Shown: one piece after another, positions 32,049 to 42,660 of the stretch | Layout of the letters: each line of letters opens with the position of its first letter | Numbering within the stretch: the first letter of the stretch is position 1 | NCBI RefSeq assembly: GCF_056746865.1 | Contig: NZ_CM163382.1 | Reading direction: 5' to 3' (one strand) | DNA length: 64,000 bases | Translations under genes and position numbers: made by a program | Notes under the pieces: generated by a model | Seen by the model: only the letters and a program-made list of their open reading frames with translations | Database searches by the model: none | What the model was told of the DNA's origin: nothing

Positions 32049-32614
32049 CGGGCAAGCTCCTCTGGCGTATTCACGTTAATAAATGCATCTTTATTATCGC
32101 TGAAATCAACCGCATGACCGCCAGCCAGACGCATAAATGCCATTACCCGGCGTTCTCCTGCTTGCAGATATTCCAGTAATAAAGGCTCAATTGCGCGGTT
32201 TACCAGAGCAATAGTCGGGTGATCGCGTTCACCGTCGTGGACCCACACGACAGGTGCCTCTTTGCGCTGATGATTAAGCCGGGCTGCTAAATCAGGGGGA
32301 ATGTAAGGCGTATCGCACGGACAAAACAAAAACCACTCCCCCGTTTCCTGCTGCATTACTGAAAGCATTCCTGCCAGAGGGCCTGGGTAATCCGCAAGTG
32401 AATCTTCAATCACTTTCAGACCGCTTGCCTGATAGATTTCCTGATGACGATTGGCATTAACCACGACGTGCGAGAGCTGCGTCATAAGCGCGTCAGCGAC
32501 ATGTTGCCACAGCGGTTTGCCGTTTAATTCAAGCAATCCTTTATCTACGCCGCCCATTCGTCTGGCTTTACCGCCCGCCAGCACAACGCCTGTTATCGTC
32601 GTCATCAGATTCAC
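32030..32614 (-). CDS. mobA: Molybdenum cofactor guanylyltransferase MobA
   Basis: 194-aa [25 protein letters not shown]... matching MobA. Confidence 0.93.
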
Positions 32615-32683
32615 CGATATCGCCTCTTTTATTGTGGGATTGACCCTGCTAACGTGTCTGTCTCAAGAGTAAGGAGCATTACT

Positions 32684-32953
32684 ATGAAATGTAAACGTCT
32701 GAATGAAGTTATTGAACTCCTCCAGCCAGCCTGGCAAAAAGAGCCAGACCTTAACCTGCTGCAATTTTTGCAGAAACTGGCGAAAGAGTCAGGTTTTGAC
32801 GGCGAACTGGCGGATTTGACGGATGACATTCTGATCTATCATCTGAAAATGCGTGATTCCGCGAAAGATGCGGTGATCCCGGGTTTGCAGAAAGATTATG
32901 AAGAAGATTTCAAAACGGCGCTGTTACGCGCTCGCGGCGTAATTAAAGAGTAA
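32684..32953 (+). CDS. yihD: DUF1040 family protein YihD
   Basis: Start at ATG 32684 ([18 protein letters not shown]...) with AAGGAG SD 8 nt upstream; 89 aa. Confidence 0.85.
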
Positions 32954-33029
32954 AAGCTTGTAAGCGGCGCCACCAAAATCATCGTGAAATGATATCCTTC
33001 ATCATTCGTAATGTTTTCCGGATGATGGG

Positions 33030-34016
33030 ATGAACAACAGCGCTTTTACTTTCCAGACACTACACCCGGATACCATCATGGATGCTCTATTTGAGCAAGG
33101 GATCCGGGTGGATTCCGGTCTTACCCCGCTTAACAGCTATGAAAACCGTGTCTATCAATTTCAGGACGAAGATCGTCGACGTTTTGTCGTCAAATTTTAT
33201 CGCCCTGAACGTTGGACAGCCGATCAAATCCTCGAAGAACATCAATTTGCGTTGCAGCTGGTTAACGATGAAGTTCCGGTCGCAGCGCCTGTGGCCTTTA
33301 ACGGTCAGACTTTATTGAATCATCAGGGATTTTATTTCGCTGTTTTTCCAAGCGTCGGTGGTCGCCAGTTCGAAGCTGATAATATCGATCAGATGGAAGC
33401 GGTTGGGCGTTATTTAGGGCGTATGCATCAGACGGGGCGCAAACAGCTTTTTATCCATCGCCCGACCATCGGTCTGAATGAATATCTCATTGAGCCTCGC
33501 AAGCTGTTTGAGGACGCTACACTGATACCTTCCGGGTTGAAAGCGGCATTCCTGAAAGCGACAGATGAGCTGATCGCCGCCGTTACAGCACACTGGCGGG
33601 AAGATTTCACCGTTCTGCGGCTACATGGAGACTGCCACGCCGGTAATATCCTCTGGCGCGATGGTCCAATGTTTGTTGATCTGGATGATGCACGTAATGG
33701 TCCAGCCGTTCAGGATTTGTGGATGTTGCTCAATGGCGATAAAGCCGAGCAGCGGATGCAACTGGAAACTATTATTGAAGCTTATGAAGAATTTAGCGAG
33801 TTCGACACCGCTGAAATCGGACTGATTGAACCTTTACGCGCCATGCGTTTGGTTTATTATCTTGCCTGGCTGATGCGGCGTTGGGCTGATCCCGCGTTCC
33901 CGAAAAATTTCCCGTGGTTAACCGGGGAAGATTACTGGCTGCGACAGACGGCGACTTTTATAGAACAGGCAAAAGTTCTACAAGAACCCCCTTTGCAATT
34001 AACACCTATGTATTAA
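33030..34016 (+). CDS. srkA: Stress response Ser/Thr kinase SrkA (YihE)
   Basis: 328-aa ORF with kinase catalytic motif HGDCHAGNILW; matches YihE/SrkA. Confidence 0.92.
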   Translation: MNNSAFTFQTLHPDTIMDALFEQGIRVDSGLTPLNSYENRVYQFQDEDRRRFVVKFYRPERWTADQILEEHQFALQLVNDEVPVAAPVAFNGQTLLNHQGFYFAVFPSVGGRQFEADNIDQMEAVGRYLGRMHQTGRKQLFIHRPTIGLNEYLIEPRKLFEDATLIPSGLKAAFLKATDELIAAVTAHWREDFTVLRLHGDCHAGNILWRDGPMFVDLDDARNGPAVQDLWMLLNGDKAEQRMQLETIIEAYEEFSEFDTAEIGLIEPLRAMRLVYYLAWLMRRWADPAFPKNFPWLTGEDYWLRQTATFIEQAKVLQEPPLQLTPMY

Positions 34017-34032
34017 TCGGAGAGAGTAGATC

Positions 34033-34659
34033 ATGAAAAAGATTTGGCTGGCGCTGGCTGGTTTAGTTTTAGCGTTTAGCGCATCGGCGGCGCAGTATGA
34101 AGATGGTAAACAGTACACTACCCTGGAAAAACCAGTTGCTGGCGCGCCGCAAGTGCTGGAGTTTTTCTCTTTCTTCTGCCCGCACTGCTATCAGTTTGAA
34201 GAAGTTCTGCATATTTCTGATAACGTGAAGAAAAAACTGCCGGAAGGCGTGAAGATGACTAAATACCACGTCAACTTCATGGGTGGTGACCTGGGCAAAG
34301 ATCTGACTCAGGCATGGGCAGTGGCGATGGCACTGGGCGTGGAAGACAAAGTCACTGTTCCGCTGTTTGAAGGCGTACAGAAAACCCAGACCATTCGTTC
34401 AGCATCTGATATCCGCGATGTATTTATCAACGCAGGTATTAAAGGTGAAGAGTACGACGCGGCGTGGAACAGCTTCGTGGTGAAATCCCTGGTCGCTCAG
34501 CAGGAAAAAGCTGCAGCTGACGTGCAATTGCGTGGCGTTCCGGCGATGTTTGTTAACGGTAAATATCAGCTGAATCCGCAGGGTATGGATACCAGCAATA
34601 TGGATGTTTTTGTTCAGCAGTATGCTGATACGGTGAAATATCTGTCCGAGAAAAAATAA
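34033..34659 (+). CDS. dsbA: Periplasmic thiol:disulfide oxidoreductase DsbA
   Basis: 208-aa ORF with signal peptide and CPHC active site ([12 protein letters not shown]). Confidence 0.97.
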
Positions 34660-34676
34660 TTCAATGTAAATTACAT

Positions 34677-34707
34677 AAAGCCCGTGAATATTCACGGGCT
34701 TTTTTTA
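34677..34707 (+). terminator. Rho-independent terminator after dsbA
   Basis: Hairpin aagcccgtgaa-tattcacgggctt followed by TTTTTTT. Confidence 0.8.
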
Positions 34708-34813
34708 TTATTTAATAAATATAAATACATTCTGATAATGCATCCTGCCGCTGGACATTATTTCAGCATAAGTGGATATTCAAAGTTTTGCTGTTTTATC
34801 AGGGAATATTTAT

Positions 34814-36244
34814 ATGATACGTAAGTCAGCTACAGGTGTTATTGTTGCGTTAGCCGTAATCTGGGGTGGTGGCACATGGTACACAGGTACGCAAATTCAG
34901 CCTGGTGTCGAAAAGTTTATTAAAGATTTTAACGATGCTAAAAAGAAAGGTGAACATGCCTGCGATATGACGTTAAGTTATAAAAACTTTGACAAAGGCT
35001 TTTTTAATTCTCATTTTCAAATGCAAATAACATTTGATAACGGTGCACCCGATCTCAATATCAAGCCAGGCCAGAAAGTTGCATTTGATGTGGATGTTGA
35101 GCACGGTCCGTTGCCCATCACAATGTTAATGCGTGGTAATGTCATCCCCGCACTGGCAGCGGCAAAAGTGAACTTAGTGAATAATGAACTGACACAACCG
35201 CTATTTATCGCCGCGAAAAATAAATCGCCCGTGGAAGCGACATTGCGATTCGCGTTTGGTGGCTCATTCTCTACGACATTAGATGTTGCCCCTGCAGAGT
35301 ATGGAAAGTTTTCTTTTGGTGAGGGCCAGTTTACTTTTAATGGTGATGGTAGTTCATTGTCTAACCTGGATATTGAAGGCAAAGTCGAAGATATTGTTCT
35401 GCAATTATCACCAATGAACAAAGTAACGGCAAAAAGTTTTACCATTGATTCTCTGGCGCGATTAGAAGAAAAGAAATTTCCGGTTGGTGAAAGCGAGTCG
35501 AAATTTAATCAGATTAACATTATCAATCACGGGGAAGACGTTGCCCAAATCGATGCTTTCGTTGCAAAAACCAGGCTGGATCGCGTTAAAGACAAAGATT
35601 ATATCAATGTCAATCTGACCTACGAACTTGATAAGTTAACAAAAGGGAATCAGCAACTCGGTAGTGGTGAGTGGTCATTGATTGCTGAATCTATTGATCC
35701 CTCAGCAGTGCGCCAATTTATCATCCAGTATAACATTGCGATGCAGAAGCAGCTTGCTGCACACCCTGAGTTAGCAAACGATGAAGTTGCTCTGCAAGAA
35801 GTGAATGCTGCATTGTTCAAAGAGTATTTACCGTTATTACAAAAAAGTGAGCCGACCATTAAACAACCGGTAAGATGGAAGAATGCACTCGGCGAACTAA
35901 ATGCCAATCTGGATATCAGTATTGCCGACCCAGCCAAATCCTCATCATCCACAAACAAAGATATTAAATCGCTCAATTTTGATGTGAAGTTACCGCTTAA
36001 TGTCGTCACAGAAACCGCAAAACAGCTTAATTTATCTGAAGGAATGGATGCTGAAAAAGCGCAAAAGCGGGCTGATAAACAAATCAGCGGGATGATGACA
36101 TTAGGTCAGATGTTTCAGTTAATCACGATTGACAACAATACCGCCTCGCTGCAACTGCGTTATACACCGGGTAAAGTTGTTTTTAACGGACAGGAAATGA
36201 GCGAAGAAGAATTTATGTCTCGTGCCGGACGTTTTGTTCATTAA
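34814..36244 (+). CDS. yihF: DUF945 family protein YihF, N-terminal signal/TM segment, function unknown
   Basis: ORF 34772-36244; likely start ATG 34814 (MIRKSATGVIVALAVIWGGGTWYTG...), 476 aa. Confidence 0.85.
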   Translation: MIRKSATGVIVALAVIWGGGTWYTGTQIQPGVEKFIKDFNDAKKKGEHACDMTLSYKNFDKGFFNSHFQMQITFDNGAPDLNIKPGQKVAFDVDVEHGPLPITMLMRGNVIPALAAAKVNLVNNELTQPLFIAAKNKSPVEATLRFAFGGSFSTTLDVAPAEYGKFSFGEGQFTFNGDGSSLSNLDIEGKVEDIVLQLSPMNKVTAKSFTIDSLARLEEKKFPVGESESKFNQINIINHGEDVAQIDAFVAKTRLDRVKDKDYINVNLTYELDKLTKGNQQLGSGEWSLIAESIDPSAVRQFIIQYNIAMQKQLAAHPELANDEVALQEVNAALFKEYLPLLQKSEPTIKQPVRWKNALGELNANLDISIADPAKSSSSTNKDIKSLNFDVKLPLNVVTETAKQLNLSEGMDAEKAQKRADKQISGMMTLGQMFQLITIDNNTASLQLRYTPGKVVFNGQEMSEEEFMSRAGRFVH

Positions 36245-36251
36245 AATACTC

Positions 36252-36279
36252 ACTCGCCTCTGCTCATTCAGAGGCGAGT
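36252..36279. terminator. Bidirectional terminator hairpin between convergent yihF and yihG
   Basis: Inverted repeat actcgcctctg-ctcatt-cagaggcgagt with A/T-rich flanks on both sides. Confidence 0.65.
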
Positions 36280-36284
36280 AAAAC

Positions 36285-37217
36285 TTACTTATTCTGACGC
36301 TGTGATGACATCAACGACGTCAGAAGTCGGTCTTTTTCCTGCCACAGTGAGTTCAGCCATTGCTGAAAATGGCGCTTAAAGCTTTTGTCATTGATGTAGT
36401 CGCCATGTAACTCATCGGCAATAGGCTGTAAATCCACATGTACGACAATTCGCGTCAGTTTACCGCTTAACATATCGAAGAACGGCTGACGGTTATTGTC
36501 CGGATAACATAGCGTAACATTAAGCAGTTTATCGAATTGTTTACCCAGTACATTTAGCGCCATCGCAATGCCTGCCGCCTTTGGTGGCAACAAGTTTTGA
36601 AAAGTGGAGTGCGTTTGCTGATGTTTTTCTTGCGTGAAACGGGAGCCTTCAACGAAATTAACAATGGTGGTGGGATGCAGGCGAAACTTTTCACAAGAAC
36701 GCCGAGTAGTTTCAACATCTTTACCACGTCTCTCCGGATGACGTAATAAATAAGCGCGGGAATAACGCTTCATAAACGGCATATCCAGCGCCCAGCATGC
36801 CAGGCCAAGAAAAGGCACCCAGGCCAGCTGCTGCTTGAGGAAATATTTATTCATCGGAATGTGCTTACGAAACAGCACGCACAGTACGACAATATCTGCC
36901 CAACTACGGTGGTTACAAATAAGCAGATACCAGTTTTTCTTACTTAACCCTTCCAGCCCGTGAACTTCCCATTGCAGGTGTGGGTTCAAATGCAGTAATA
37001 CCGCCAGACCTTCACACCAGCAATACATCATAAAATCACAAAAACGCGAAACCTTTCGCCAAATGACTGGCACAGGAAGCAATAGTTTTACAATCCCGGC
37101 AATGATGATCGGGACGGAGCAAAAAATAGTGACCAAAATGGTCAATACGATACTCAGCAAAAGGGTTATCGCAGCGAGTATTCTCGTCATAATGAATTTA
37201 TTCAAAAAGTTAGCCAT
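36285..37217 (-). CDS. yihG: PlsC-family acyltransferase YihG (membrane)
   Basis: ORF 36285-37241; probable start at 37215-37217 ([16 protein letters not shown]...), 310 aa; HxxxxD acyltransferase motif (CNHRSWAD). Confidence 0.82.
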   Translation of the reverse strand: MANFLNKFIMTRILAAITLLLSIVLTILVTIFCSVPIIIAGIVKLLLPVPVIWRKVSRFCDFMMYCWCEGLAVLLHLNPHLQWEVHGLEGLSKKNWYLLICNHRSWADIVVLCVLFRKHIPMNKYFLKQQLAWVPFLGLACWALDMPFMKRYSRAYLLRHPERRGKDVETTRRSCEKFRLHPTTIVNFVEGSRFTQEKHQQTHSTFQNLLPPKAAGIAMALNVLGKQFDKLLNVTLCYPDNNRQPFFDMLSGKLTRIVVHVDLQPIADELHGDYINDKSFKRHFQQWLNSLWQEKDRLLTSLMSSQRQNK

Positions 37218-37448
37218 AGACAGTGCGCTAAAGAAGCGCAAGGCGCAGATTTTAGCAGAAAACGACCCAAATAACGGATGATCCTTAAGGAGAAAAATAA
37301 TTCATATCTATCCACATTAGAAAAAATCCCATCATCTCAATTATTAGGGATGGTCTTATTTTTAACTTCATGAAAAACAAAGACAAACATCATGCTGTAA
37401 AAAGCATGATAATAAATTAAAAGCGATGTAAATAATTTATGCACAAAG

Positions 37449-37457
37449 TTATCCACA
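37449..37457 (+). promoter_or_regulatory. DnaA box (TTATCCACA) in the polA promoter region
   Basis: Perfect 9-mer TTATCCACA about 125 bp upstream of polA; a second near-match TCTATCCACA at 37307-37316. Confidence 0.65.
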
Positions 37458-37580
37458 TGACGATTTGCGAGCGATCCAGAAGATCTACAAAAGATTTTCA
37501 CGAAAAGCGGTGAAAAACTCATGTTTTCATCCTGTCTGTGGCATCCTTTACCCATAATCTGATAAACAGGCACGGACATT

Positions 37581-40367
37581 ATGGTTCAGATCCCCCAAAA
37601 TCCACTTATCCTTGTAGATGGTTCATCTTATCTTTATCGCGCATATCACGCGTTTCCCCCGCTGACTAACAGCGCAGGCGAGCCGACCGGTGCGATGTAT
37701 GGTGTCCTCAACATGCTGCGCAGTCTGATCATGCAATATAAACCGACGCATGCAGCGGTGGTCTTTGACGCCAAGGGAAAAACCTTTCGTGATGAACTGT
37801 TTGAACATTACAAATCACATCGCCCGCCAATGCCGGACGATCTGCGTGCACAAATCGAACCCTTGCACGCGATGGTTAAAGCGATGGGACTGCCGCTGCT
37901 GGCGGTTTCTGGCGTAGAAGCGGACGACGTTATCGGTACTCTGGCGCGGGAAGCCGAAAAAGCCGGGCGTCCGGTGCTGATCAGCACTGGCGATAAAGAT
38001 ATGGCGCAGCTGGTGACGCCAAATATTACGCTTATCAATACCATGACGAATACCATCCTCGGCCCGGAAGAGGTGGTGAATAAGTACGGCGTGCCGCCAG
38101 AACTGATCATCGACTTCCTGGCGCTGATGGGTGACTCCTCTGATAACATCCCTGGCGTACCGGGCGTCGGTGAAAAAACCGCGCAGGCATTGCTGCAAGG
38201 TCTTGGCGGACTGGATACGCTGTATGCCGAGCCAGAAAAAATTGCTGGGTTGAGCTTCCGTGGCGCGAAAACAATGGCAGCGAAGCTCGAGCAAAACAAA
38301 GAAGTTGCTTATCTCTCATACCAGCTGGCGACGATTAAAACCGACGTTGAACTGGAGCTGACCTGTGAACAACTGGAAGTGCAGCAACCGGCGGCGGAAG
38401 AGTTGTTGGGGCTGTTCAAAAAGTATGAGTTCAAACGCTGGACTGCTGATGTCGAAGCGGGCAAATGGTTACAGGCTAAAGGGGCGAAACCCGCAGCCAG
38501 GCCGCAGGAAACCAGTGTTGCAGACGAAGCGCCAGAAGTGACGGCAACGGTGATTTCTTATGACAACTACGTCACCATCCTTGATGAAGAAACACTGAAA
38601 GCGTGGATTGCGAAGCTGGAAAAAGCGCCAGTATTTGCATTTGATACCGAAACCGACAGCCTCGATAACATCTCTGCCAACCTGGTCGGGCTTTCTTTTG
38701 CTATCGAGCCAGGCGTAGCGGCATATATTCCGGTTGCTCATGATTATCTTGATGCGCCCGATCAAATCTCTCGCGAGCGTGCACTCGAGTTGCTAAAACC
38801 GTTGCTGGAAAATGAAAAGGCGCTGAAGGTCGGGCAAAACCTGAAATACGACCGCGGTATTCTGGCGAATTACGGAATTGAGCTGCGTGGGATTGCGTTT
38901 GATACCATGCTGGAGTCCTACATTCTCAATAGCGTTGCCGGGCGTCACGATATGGACAGCCTCGCGGAACGTTGGTTGAAGCACAAAACCATCACTTTTG
39001 AAGAGATTGCGGGTAAAGGCAAAAATCAACTGACCTTTAACCAGATTGCCCTCGAAGAGGCCGGACGTTACGCCGCCGAAGATGCGGATGTCACCTTGCA
39101 GTTGCATCTGAAAATGTGGCCGGATCTGCAAAAACACAAAGGGCCGTTGAACGTCTTCGAGAATATCGAAATGCCGCTGGTGCCGGTGCTTTCACGCATT
39201 GAACGTAACGGTGTGAAGATCGATCCGAAAGTGCTGCACAATCATTCTGAAGAGCTCACTCTTCGTCTGGCTGAGCTGGAAAAGAAAGCGCATGAAATTG
39301 CAGGTGAGGAGTTTAACCTTTCCTCCACCAAGCAGTTGCAAACCATTCTGTTTGAAAAACAGGGAATTAAACCGCTGAAGAAAACGCCGGGTGGCGCGCC
39401 GTCAACGTCGGAAGAGGTACTGGAAGAACTGGCGCTGGACTATCCGTTGCCAAAAGTGATTCTGGAGTATCGTGGTCTGGCGAAGCTGAAATCGACCTAC
39501 ACCGACAAGCTGCCGCTGATGATCAACCCGAAAACCGGGCGTGTACATACCTCTTATCACCAGGCAGTAACTGCAACGGGACGTTTATCGTCAACCGATC
39601 CTAACCTGCAAAACATTCCGGTGCGTAACGAAGAAGGTCGTCGTATCCGCCAGGCGTTTATTGGGCCAGAGGATTATGTGATTGTCTCGGCGGACTACTC
39701 GCAGATTGAACTGCGCATTATGGCGCATCTCTCGCGTGACAAAGGCTTGCTGACCGCATTCGCGGAAGGAAAAGATATCCACCGGGCTACGGCGGCAGAA
39801 GTGTTTGGTTTGCCACTGGAAACCGTCACCAGCGAGCAACGCCGTAGCGCGAAAGCGATCAACTTTGGTCTGATTTATGGCATGAGTGCTTTCGGTCTGG
39901 CGCGGCAATTGAACATTCCACGTAAAGAAGCGCAGAAGTACATGGACCTTTACTTCGAACGCTACCCTGGCGTGCTGGAGTATATGGAACGCACCCGTGC
40001 TCAGGCGAAAGAGCAGGGCTACGTTGAAACACTGGACGGACGCCGTCTGTATCTGCCGGATATCAAATCCAGCAATGGTGCTCGTCGTGCAGCGGCTGAA
40101 CGTGCAGCCATTAACGCGCCAATGCAGGGAACCGCCGCCGACATTATCAAACGGGCGATGATTGCCGTTGATGCGTGGCTACAGGCTGAGCAACCGCGTG
40201 TGCGTATGATCATGCAGGTACACGATGAACTGGTATTTGAAGTTCATAAAGATGATGTCGATGCCGTCGCGAAGCAGATTCATCAACTGATGGAAAACTG
40301 TACCCGTCTGGATGTGCCGTTGCTGGTGGAAGTGGGGAGTGGCGAAAACTGGGATCAGGCGCACTAA
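37581..40367 (+). CDS. polA: DNA polymerase I
   Basis: 928-aa [28 protein letters not shown]... with 5'-3' exo, 3'-5' exo and polymerase domains. Confidence 0.98.
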   Translation: MVQIPQNPLILVDGSSYLYRAYHAFPPLTNSAGEPTGAMYGVLNMLRSLIMQYKPTHAAVVFDAKGKTFRDELFEHYKSHRPPMPDDLRAQIEPLHAMVKAMGLPLLAVSGVEADDVIGTLAREAEKAGRPVLISTGDKDMAQLVTPNITLINTMTNTILGPEEVVNKYGVPPELIIDFLALMGDSSDNIPGVPGVGEKTAQALLQGLGGLDTLYAEPEKIAGLSFRGAKTMAAKLEQNKEVAYLSYQLATIKTDVELELTCEQLEVQQPAAEELLGLFKKYEFKRWTADVEAGKWLQAKGAKPAARPQETSVADEAPEVTATVISYDNYVTILDEETLKAWIAKLEKAPVFAFDTETDSLDNISANLVGLSFAIEPGVAAYIPVAHDYLDAPDQISRERALELLKPLLENEKALKVGQNLKYDRGILANYGIELRGIAFDTMLESYILNSVAGRHDMDSLAERWLKHKTITFEEIAGKGKNQLTFNQIALEEAGRYAAEDADVTLQLHLKMWPDLQKHKGPLNVFENIEMPLVPVLSRIERNGVKIDPKVLHNHSEELTLRLAELEKKAHEIAGEEFNLSSTKQLQTILFEKQGIKPLKKTPGGAPSTSEEVLEELALDYPLPKVILEYRGLAKLKSTYTDKLPLMINPKTGRVHTSYHQAVTATGRLSSTDPNLQNIPVRNEEGRRIRQAFIGPEDYVIVSADYSQIELRIMAHLSRDKGLLTAFAEGKDIHRATAAEVFGLPLETVTSEQRRSAKAINFGLIYGMSAFGLARQLNIPRKEAQKYMDLYFERYPGVLEYMERTRAQAKEQGYVETLDGRRLYLPDIKSSNGARRAAAERAAINAPMQGTAADIIKRAMIAVDAWLQAEQPRVRMIMQVHDELVFEVHKDDVDAVAKQIHQLMENCTRLDVPLLVEVGSGENWDQAH

Positions 40368-40514
40368 GATTCGCCTGAACATGCCCTTTTTTCGTAAGTA
40401 AGCAACATAAGCTGTCACGTTTTGTGATGGCTATTAGAAATTCCTATGCAACAACTGAAAAAAAATTACAAAAAGTGCTTTCTGAACTGAACAAAAAAGA
40501 GTAAAGTTAGTCGC

Positions 40515-40623
40515 GTAGGGTACAGAGGTAAGATGTTCTATCTTTCAGACCTTTTACTTCACGTAATCGGATTTGGCTGAATATTTTAGCCGCCCCAGTC
40601 AGTAATGACTGGGGCGTTTTTTA
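40515..40623 (+). ncRNA. spf: Spot 42 small regulatory RNA
   Basis: GTAGGGTACAGAGGTAAGATGTTCTATCTTTCAGACCTTTTACTTCACGTAATCGGATTTGGCTG... ending in terminator GCCCCAGTCAGTAATGACTGGGGCGTTTTTT; recognised by sequence. Confidence 0.92.
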
Positions 40624-40647
40624 TTGGGCGAAAGAAAAGCTCTGTAA

Positions 40648-40730
40648 TGCCTGATGCGCCCTGTTTATCAGGCCAACGGTAGAAGTGTAATCTATTGAAT
40701 TTACGGGCCGGATACGCCACATCCGGCACA
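40648..40730. repeat. REP/BIME elements between spf and engB
   Basis: GCCTGATGCGCCctgtttATCAGGCC and GCCGGATacgccacATCCGGC palindromic units. Confidence 0.7.
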
Positions 40731-40748
40731 AGCATTAAGGCAAGAAAA

Positions 40749-41381
40749 TTATTCGCCGTCCTGCGTTTCTTCTACAGGCTGCATCTCGCTAAACCAGGTA
40801 TCCAGTTTCTGCCGCAGCTTGTCCACGCCTTGTTTCTTCAGTGAAGAGAACGTTTCAACCTGCACATCACCGTTAAACGCCAGCACCGCTTCACGCACCA
40901 TATTCAATTGCGCTTTACGTGCGCCGCTTGCCAGTTTGTCCGCTTTGGTCAGCAGCACCAGCACGGCGATATTGCTGTCTACCGCCCACTCAATCATCTG
41001 CTGATCCAAATCTTTCAGCGGATGGCGAATATCCATTAGCACCACCAGACCTTGCAGGCTCTGACGTTTTTCGAGGTATTCGCCGAGCGCGCGCTGCCAT
41101 TTGCGCTTCATCTCTTCCGGGACTTCCGCGTAGCCATAGCCGGGCAAGTCAACCAGACGCTTGCCGTCAGCCACTTCAAACAGGTTGATAAGCTGGGTGC
41201 GCCCTGGGGTTTTTGAGGTCCGCGCCAGGCTTTTCTGGTTAGTCAGCGTGTTCAGCGCGCTGGATTTACCTGCGTTGGAACGGCCTGCAAAAGCCACTTC
41301 AATTCCGGTATCGGAAGGTAAGTGGCGAATATCAGGCGCACTCATCACAAAATGCGTCTGTTGATAATTCAAATTAGTCAA
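40749..41381 (-). CDS. engB: Ribosome biogenesis GTPase EngB (YihA)
   Basis: 210-aa ORF with G1 motif GRSNAGKSS; matches YihA/EngB. Confidence 0.93.
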
Positions 41382-41651
41382 AGCGGTCGTCTCCGTCAGT
41401 CAAAGCTTTGCGGCGATTATACCTGAACCATAATAAAAGGCGGATTTTTCGGCGTGAGCGTTGTAAGTAAAAGCCATACGCTTTGTGAGACATTGCCGAT
41501 AGTCTTTATGCGAAATAGCAGAGAAAATTCTGCGATGCATGTCAAATAAGCTATATAAATCAGTTAATTGCTTTTATATAAAACTCTGAAAATGTGCAAA
41601 TACTGATGGCGGTTGATTGTTTGTTTAAAGCAAAGGCGTAAAGTAGCACCC

Positions 41652-41896
41652 ATAGAGCGAGGACGCTAACAGGAACAATGACTCAGGATGAGGGTCAGGA
41701 GCGCCAGGAGGCGAAGACAGAGGATTGTCAGGAAGACAAACGTCCGGAGACGTAATTAAACGGAAATGGAATCAACACGGATTGTTCCGGCTAATGGAAA
41801 AACAGGGTGTGTTGGCGGCCTGCAAGGATTGTAAGACCCGTTAAGGGTTATGAGTCAGGAAAAAAGGCGACAGAGTAATCTGTCGCCTTTTTTCTT
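41652..41896 (+). ncRNA. csrC: CsrC small RNA (CsrA-sequestering)
   Basis: ATAGAGCGAGGACGCTAACAGGAACAATGACTCAGGATGAGGGTCAGGAGCGCCAGGAGG...; dense AGGA/CAGGA motifs; intrinsic terminator GGCGACAGAGTAATCTGTCGCCTTTTTT at 3' end. Confidence 0.88.
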
Positions 41897-41962
41897 TGCT
41901 TGCTTTCTGTTAGATTCCGCCGCAAATCTATACTGAATAAAACGGCTAAAAGACGAACCATT

Positions 41963-42472
41963 ATGAAACCATCATCTTCAAACTCACGCAGCAAAGGTCA
42001 TGCAAAAGCGCGTCGAAAAACACGCGAGGAGCTGGATCAGGAAGCTCGTGACCGTAAGCGTCAGAAAAAACGTCGTGGTCATGCGCCGGGCAGCCGCGCA
42101 GCGGGCGGTAACACCACGTCAGGCAGCAAAGGCCAGAACGCACCGAAAGATCCACGTATTGGCAGTAAAACCCCTATTCCATTGGGCGTGACTGAAAAAG
42201 TCACCAAACAGCACAAACCGAAGAGTGAGAAACCTATGCTTTCACCGCAGGCGGAGTTGGAATTACTGGAAACGGATGAGCGTCTGGATGCGCTGCTGGA
42301 ACGTCTGGAAGCAGGCGAAACCCTGAGTGCCGAAGAGCAATCCTGGGTGGATGCCAAACTGGATCGTATTGATGAGTTGATGCAGAAACTCGGCCTCTCT
42401 TATGACGATGACGAAGAAGAGGAAGAAGACGAGAAGCAAGAAGACATGATGCGTCTGCTGCGGGGCAACTAA
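41963..42472 (+). CDS. yihI: Der GTPase-activating protein YihI
   Basis: Start ATG 41963 ([20 protein letters not shown]...), 169 aa, basic N-terminus and acidic C-terminus. Confidence 0.88.
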   Translation: MKPSSSNSRSKGHAKARRKTREELDQEARDRKRQKKRRGHAPGSRAAGGNTTSGSKGQNAPKDPRIGSKTPIPLGVTEKVTKQHKPKSEKPMLSPQAELELLETDERLDALLERLEAGETLSAEEQSWVDAKLDRIDELMQKLGLSYDDDEEEEEDEKQEDMMRLLRGN

Positions 42473-42660
42473 CGGATTGCCGCCGTGGGCCTTCCCGTTC
42501 TGCTGATAACCCTTCCGGTTATATGTTATCTGGTGTGGTTATTCGTTAAACTACAGCGGTTGTCGCGGCGACAAAAGTGGCTGCGCAACCGGCTGATGAC
42601 CCGAAACGGGCATCCGCCGGTACGCCGTAGCCGCCAGAGACGCCATCGGAAGGAGTGAGC

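Noticed and set aside
37337-37579. 80-aa minus-strand ORF in the yihG/polA intergenic region
   Set aside because: Lies in the AT-rich divergent promoter region containing DnaA boxes; low-complexity translation and no SD. More likely promoter DNA than a gene.
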